From Bradymonadia bacterium (GTDB lineage Bacteria; Myxococcota_A; Bradymonadia; REDH01), in NCBI GenBank assembly GCA_047610025.1, contig JBLFZA010000002.1, positions 1 through 50,699 on the forward strand: a stretch of 50,699 nt of DNA. Reading direction: 5' to 3'. The notes below the pieces were generated by a model. It did no database searches. It saw nothing but the letters and a program-made list of their open reading frames with translations, and was not told where the DNA came from. Positions 46,891 to 50,699 of this stretch are shown one piece after another. The translations under genes and the position numbers were made by a program. How positions within the stretch are numbered: position 1 is the stretch's first letter; each line of letters opens with the position of its first letter.

Positions 46891-46929
46891 AAAAATCAGA
46901 AACCGGCCCGCATGGCAGTGCGGGCCGGT
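46891..46929 (-). terminator. Intrinsic terminator after the lipoprotein gene
   Basis: ACCGGCCCGCA / TGCGGGCCGGT 11-bp stem followed by TTCTGATTTTT on the minus strand. Confidence 0.75.
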
Positions 46930-46974
46930 CACTTTGTCAAAGGCTACGTGCCTCGCACGAGCGAGGCCGTCGTC

Positions 46975-47961
46975 TTAGAACGCTGCGTTGTACTCGTCGC
47001 AGCAGTTCGTCGCGATGCAGAGGTCCAAGTTCTCGTCAGCCTGTTCGCTGTCGTCCTCGATCCAGGCATCGGTGCATCCAGCACCGTCGTCGCAGGTGTT
47101 GAGCGCGTCATAGGCGGAGGAGCAAGCCGGGTCATCCAGCGCGCCGGAGTCCGTCACGCACTGTTCAAGACACTCTTCGCACGCCGCGAACGGGTCCATC
47201 GGGTTCATGATGTCGATGCAGCCCGGTATGCAGTCGAATTGGCAGGTCGCGATCGCGTCGGCGTAAGGCTCGCACGCGCCGCCTGTCGTGTCGGGGCAGA
47301 TGTCGGCACCGCCGCCGTCGGTTCCCGCATCGGTGCCCGCATCGGTGCCCGCATCGGTGCCGGCGTCCGGCGTCGCCGCCACTGCACAGGTGATGCTGCC
47401 GTCGTCCGTGACGACCGTCGCTCGGAAGGTGCCGGTGAGGGTCGGAGTACCGCCGCCTACGACGTTCCGGAGCGTGATGTTGTCCCAACTGCCAGTGATG
47501 ACTGCGTCGGCACCCGGACACTGGTTGACCGAAATCGCTCCGCCGGTGCTGAGGAAGATACCGGCGACGCCGGTCACACCGACAAAGGTGCCATCTGGGC
47601 CTTCCCCGGTGATCGCGACGCTGCCAGGAAGCTGCTCGGCCACCGGCTCAACCGCAGCCAGCACGATCGTACCGTCACCGGCGATGAGGCTGACCGTGAG
47701 AACGCCATTGGCAACGGCTGCGTAGTTGCTGCCTTCGACCTCGCTGGACTCCTCGGAATCGCCGGCGATCGGCGTTGTCGTCCCGCCGTCGGTGATTTCG
47801 GCGTCAATCTCGTTGGCCGGGCCCGGTGCAGGCGCGCCGGTATCGGTGCCGGCTGTATCGGTGCCGCCGGCGTCTGTTGTGCCAACCACTCCGGCTCCGC
47901 TGTCGTCGCCACAAGCAGCGAAGGCGAGCATGCAGGTCGCCATCAATAAGAATCGCTTCAT
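46975..47961 (-). CDS. Acidic lipoprotein with DAGT linker repeats and Cys-rich C-terminal domain
   Basis: MKRFLLMATCMLAFAAC lipobox; DAGT tandem repeats (12-bp unit near 47324-47360); Cys-rich tail. Confidence 0.82.
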   Translation of the reverse strand: MKRFLLMATCMLAFAACGDDSGAGVVGTTDAGGTDTAGTDTGAPAPGPANEIDAEITDGGTTTPIAGDSEESSEVEGSNYAAVANGVLTVSLIAGDGTIVLAAVEPVAEQLPGSVAITGEGPDGTFVGVTGVAGIFLSTGGAISVNQCPGADAVITGSWDNITLRNVVGGGTPTLTGTFRATVVTDDGSITCAVAATPDAGTDAGTDAGTDAGTDGGGADICPDTTGGACEPYADAIATCQFDCIPGCIDIMNPMDPFAACEECLEQCVTDSGALDDPACSSAYDALNTCDDGAGCTDAWIEDDSEQADENLDLCIATNCCDEYNAAF

Positions 47962-48106
47962 AAGTCTTCTCAGTCGTTTAAAGGTGGACGGGGTTCGTTG
48001 CTGAACCGGCTTTGACGCCGCTACCGCGCGTCTATTCACAGCGTTAGAGCATTGGTGGAAACAAGCCGTTACAGTAATACGAGATACCCTTCACGCAATT
48101 CTCTTC

Positions 48107-49480
48107 ATGACCAAAGAAACAGACAGTGCCCCGCCGAGGAAGCGCGATCGTTTCTTGAAGCTCGCGGGAATGACCGCGTCCGTCGCCGGGCGTTACGCGG
48201 CGACGCGCGTGAAAGAAGCGTTTCAAAGCGAAGATGAGGCGAAAGAAGGCCGTCTCGAGGCCTACAAGCGCTCCGGCGAGCGGATCGCGGAGACGTTGGG
48301 CGAGTTGAAAGGCGCGGCCATGAAGATTGGCCAGATGGCCTCTATCGGGTCAGATATTCTGCCGCGAGAGCTGTCAGACGCGCTCACGAAGCTGCAGAAA
48401 AAAGCCCCGCCCATGCCCTATGAGGCGATCGCGGCGCAGATTGAGCGCGAACTCGGCTCTGCCCCCGAACTGCTCTTCGAGAGCTTCGAGCGCACGCCAT
48501 TCGCATCGGCCTCCATTGGGCAGGTACACCGCGCACGCGTCGACGATGGTCGTGAAGTCGTCGTGAAGGTCCAGTACCCTGGCGTCGATGAATCGGTGGA
48601 CTCCGACCTCGCGCACCTCAAGCTAGCGCTTCGGGCAAGCGGGCTCGTGAACAAGGCACACCGAGCGGGGCTGGGACGCGTCTTCGAGGAGCTGCGCGAA
48701 CGCCTTCACGAAGAGCTGGACTACACCCTAGAGGCCGCAAACGTGCGGCAGTTCCGCGCTTTCCATGCCGACCACGAGGGAATCGTCGTCCCCGATGTTG
48801 TTGGCGAGAGGAGCGCGCAACGCGTGCTCACGATGACCTACGAACCCGGCTACGCGATCTCCGAGTTGGACGAGCAGGGATTTGACCAGGACACACGAGA
48901 CCTGCTCGGACGCCGACTGCTTGACGCCGTCGCCGCCGAACTCTTCGAACTGCGCGCAATTCAGGCGGACCCCAACCCGGCGAACTACGCGTTCCGCAAA
49001 GACGGTACGGTCGTGCTCTACGATTTCGGCTGCGTACAGGCGATCCACGATGAGGTGATCACGCCGTACACACAGCTGATTCAGGCAAGCTGGGTCGAAG
49101 ATTATGACGCAGCAGAGAAGGCGCTCATCGAGCTTGGCGTGCGCAACCCCAACGGGCCACCCGTCGAGCATGAGTTCTACCGCCGCTGGAGAAACCTATT
49201 CCTTCAGCTCTACCTGGTCGACGAGCCCTTCGACTTCAGCGCTGCGACATTCCAACAACAGTTTATGAGGCTGCTGCCTGACGCGATGAAGCGACTGCAC
49301 TCCTTCGAGCCTCCGGCGAAGCTCGTGTTCATCGATCGAACGTTGGGCGGGCTCTACGGCAACCTCAAACGCATGGGCGCCCGAGTCCCGTTGGTTGACA
49401 CCATCCACCAACATATCGACCTCCCCGCGCGCCTGCCGGACATGACCAACTACGATGGCCCCGTAACGAGGGCACCGTAA
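48107..49480 (+). CDS. ABC1/UbiB/AarF atypical kinase (COQ8-like)
   Basis: LKGAAMKIGQ (KxGQ), FASASIGQVH, VKVQYPG, ELDY, DPNPAN, YDFG. Confidence 0.93.
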   Translation: MTKETDSAPPRKRDRFLKLAGMTASVAGRYAATRVKEAFQSEDEAKEGRLEAYKRSGERIAETLGELKGAAMKIGQMASIGSDILPRELSDALTKLQKKAPPMPYEAIAAQIERELGSAPELLFESFERTPFASASIGQVHRARVDDGREVVVKVQYPGVDESVDSDLAHLKLALRASGLVNKAHRAGLGRVFEELRERLHEELDYTLEAANVRQFRAFHADHEGIVVPDVVGERSAQRVLTMTYEPGYAISELDEQGFDQDTRDLLGRRLLDAVAAELFELRAIQADPNPANYAFRKDGTVVLYDFGCVQAIHDEVITPYTQLIQASWVEDYDAAEKALIELGVRNPNGPPVEHEFYRRWRNLFLQLYLVDEPFDFSAATFQQQFMRLLPDAMKRLHSFEPPAKLVFIDRTLGGLYGNLKRMGARVPLVDTIHQHIDLPARLPDMTNYDGPVTRAP

Positions 49481-49517
49481 CGAGGGCACCGTAACGAGGG
49501 CACCGTAACGAGGGCAC
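49461..49517 (+). repeat. Perfect tandem repeat, 4 x 14 bp (CCGTAACGAGGGCA)
   Basis: Copies start at 49461, 49475, 49489 and 49503. Confidence 0.95.
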
Positions 49518-49598
49518 AGGGCGAATCATCCCGTTTGGGGCGCTGGCTTCTCGCGGCAACAGCTCCCCGCCCCGAAGAACGTTGGGCGCACCACATCG

Positions 49599-50699
49599 CT
49601 ACGTGTCGAAGTCACCCGCCGGGACACCGACGACCTGCTCGATGGTCTCACCGTCCTCCAGCGCCAACTGCATCTCCGGGCGAGCAGCGCGACCCGCGAA
49701 TGGGACTGACCAGGCAGGAAACCGGGCGACTCGTCCAGCGCTGGTGAGCACAATCAGGTCGCCGTCGATGGGCACTCCGCACACTCCGGAGACCGGGTCG
49801 TCGGAGCTGGGCCGAGTAGACTGCAACCCATTGCCGCCTCGCTTTTGTGGGCGAAAGTCCGAGACGGCCATTCGCTTCAACAGACCTCTCTCGGTCGCCA
49901 GCACGAGCCAGTCGACGCCTTCCGTGTCAAATGCGCCGACGACACGTGCACCTGGGTCGAGCCCAATGGCCCTCACTCCGGTGGCCTTTCGACCCTGCGA
50001 ACGCACATCATCCGTGGAAAATATGATCGCCTTGCCGGCCGAACTCGCGACGAACACAGTCGTAGCCTTGCTGCCGGTGAACACCTCGAAGAGCGCGTCA
50101 CCGGACTTCAGCAGAAGAGCGGAGATAGCGTCTGCACTGAGGCGCCCGTAATCCGAGGTATCGGACGCCTTGATTTGGCCGAAGACGCTCACCGAATAGA
50201 AGCGCTCGGCGGTCCGAAGCGCGCGTCGCGGCAACCCGGTCGCGATGACTTCGTCCTCGGCGAGCCCTGAGAACTGATGGCGCGGCTGACGCGGCGACGC
50301 ATCGGATGCCCACTTCGCCAGCAAGCGGCTGTCGACCGACATGCCCTGACCCGCCGACGTGATGAGGAGCATGCTGGAATCTTCGCCGCCGGGCACGACC
50401 CAGACCGCACTGTGCTGCGCCGACGGCGCTTCGGGGATGTCGCGCAGGAGGGGGGTTCTCGACGCCGGGAGTTTGTCCAAGTCCCACTCGAGGATGGCTC
50501 CGGAGCGACTCACGAAGAAGAGGGGGGCGCGGGAGTTCGGCCCGACAACGCGATCAGGCAACGGCACATCCTCGGCCGCTGGCCCGTGGTCAGCGTCGCC
50601 CAAGGCCGCGTCGAAATTACGAAGGTAGACCAATGTCGAGGCAAGCGCTGCGTCCCAACTGCCAAAGATCTCGACCCCACGCTCATAGAGAGGGGGAGA
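49599..50699 (-). CDS. Protein with GyrA/ParC C-terminal beta-pinwheel repeats; N-terminus lies outside the window
   Basis: Blade motifs VRSQGRKATGVRAI, FRPQKRGGNG, VPFAGRAA. The frame is open to the window edge (SPPLYERGVEIFGSWDAAL...). Confidence 0.8.
   Translation of the reverse strand, partial: SPPLYERGVEIFGSWDAALASTLVYLRNFDAALGDADHGPAAEDVPLPDRVVGPNSRAPLFFVSRSGAILEWDLDKLPASRTPLLRDIPEAPSAQHSAVWVVPGGEDSSMLLITSAGQGMSVDSRLLAKWASDASPRQPRHQFSGLAEDEVIATGLPRRALRTAERFYSVSVFGQIKASDTSDYGRLSADAISALLLKSGDALFEVFTGSKATTVFVASSAGKAIIFSTDDVRSQGRKATGVRAIGLDPGARVVGAFDTEGVDWLVLATERGLLKRMAVSDFRPQKRGGNGLQSTRPSSDDPVSGVCGVPIDGDLIVLTSAGRVARFPAWSVPFAGRAARPEMQLALEDGETIEQVVGVPAGDFDT

Noticed and set aside
47324-47360. 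12-bp tandem repeat
   Set aside because: It encodes a DAGT low-complexity linker typical of myxobacterial lipoproteins.
49599-50699. Assigning gyrA or parC
   Set aside because: Only the pinwheel is visible, and the sequence before it does not look like the GyrA/ParC linker.

Overview
This is a GC-rich chromosomal window, most likely from a Myxococcota bacterium. The basis for that is a MYXO-CTERM-like tail, myxobacterial Cys-rich surface proteins and eukaryote-like Ser/Thr kinases. It holds about 42 CDSs, mostly housekeeping or metabolic (gcvP 5' end, an Atm1-like exporter, xth, pdxH, msrP, DAHP synthase, prlC, a heterodimeric ABC exporter, MMPL, ABC1 kinase), plus two decayed genes. I saw no rRNA, tRNA, CRISPR array or transposase. 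The strongest unexplained signal is in the ~1.1 kb gene-free gap at 31662-32790. It contains two tandem minus-strand units, each with a sigma54 -24/-12 motif, hairpins carrying G5-G8 runs at their tips, and a terminator with a U-tract. I read these as a candidate pair of sigma54-driven G-loop sRNAs. Other notable items: (i) a coupled operon of a dead Ser/Thr kinase, a dead HD-GYP-like protein and an SPFH protein; (ii) two secreted proteins built only from a 37-aa six-Cys repeat; (iii) a four-repeat helical FAG-motif protein; (iv) a GyrA-CTD pinwheel preceded by an FGSW motif rather than a gyrase core; (v) a 14-bp tandem repeat that supplies the ABC1 kinase stop codon. All calls come from reading motifs by eye; no database searches were run.
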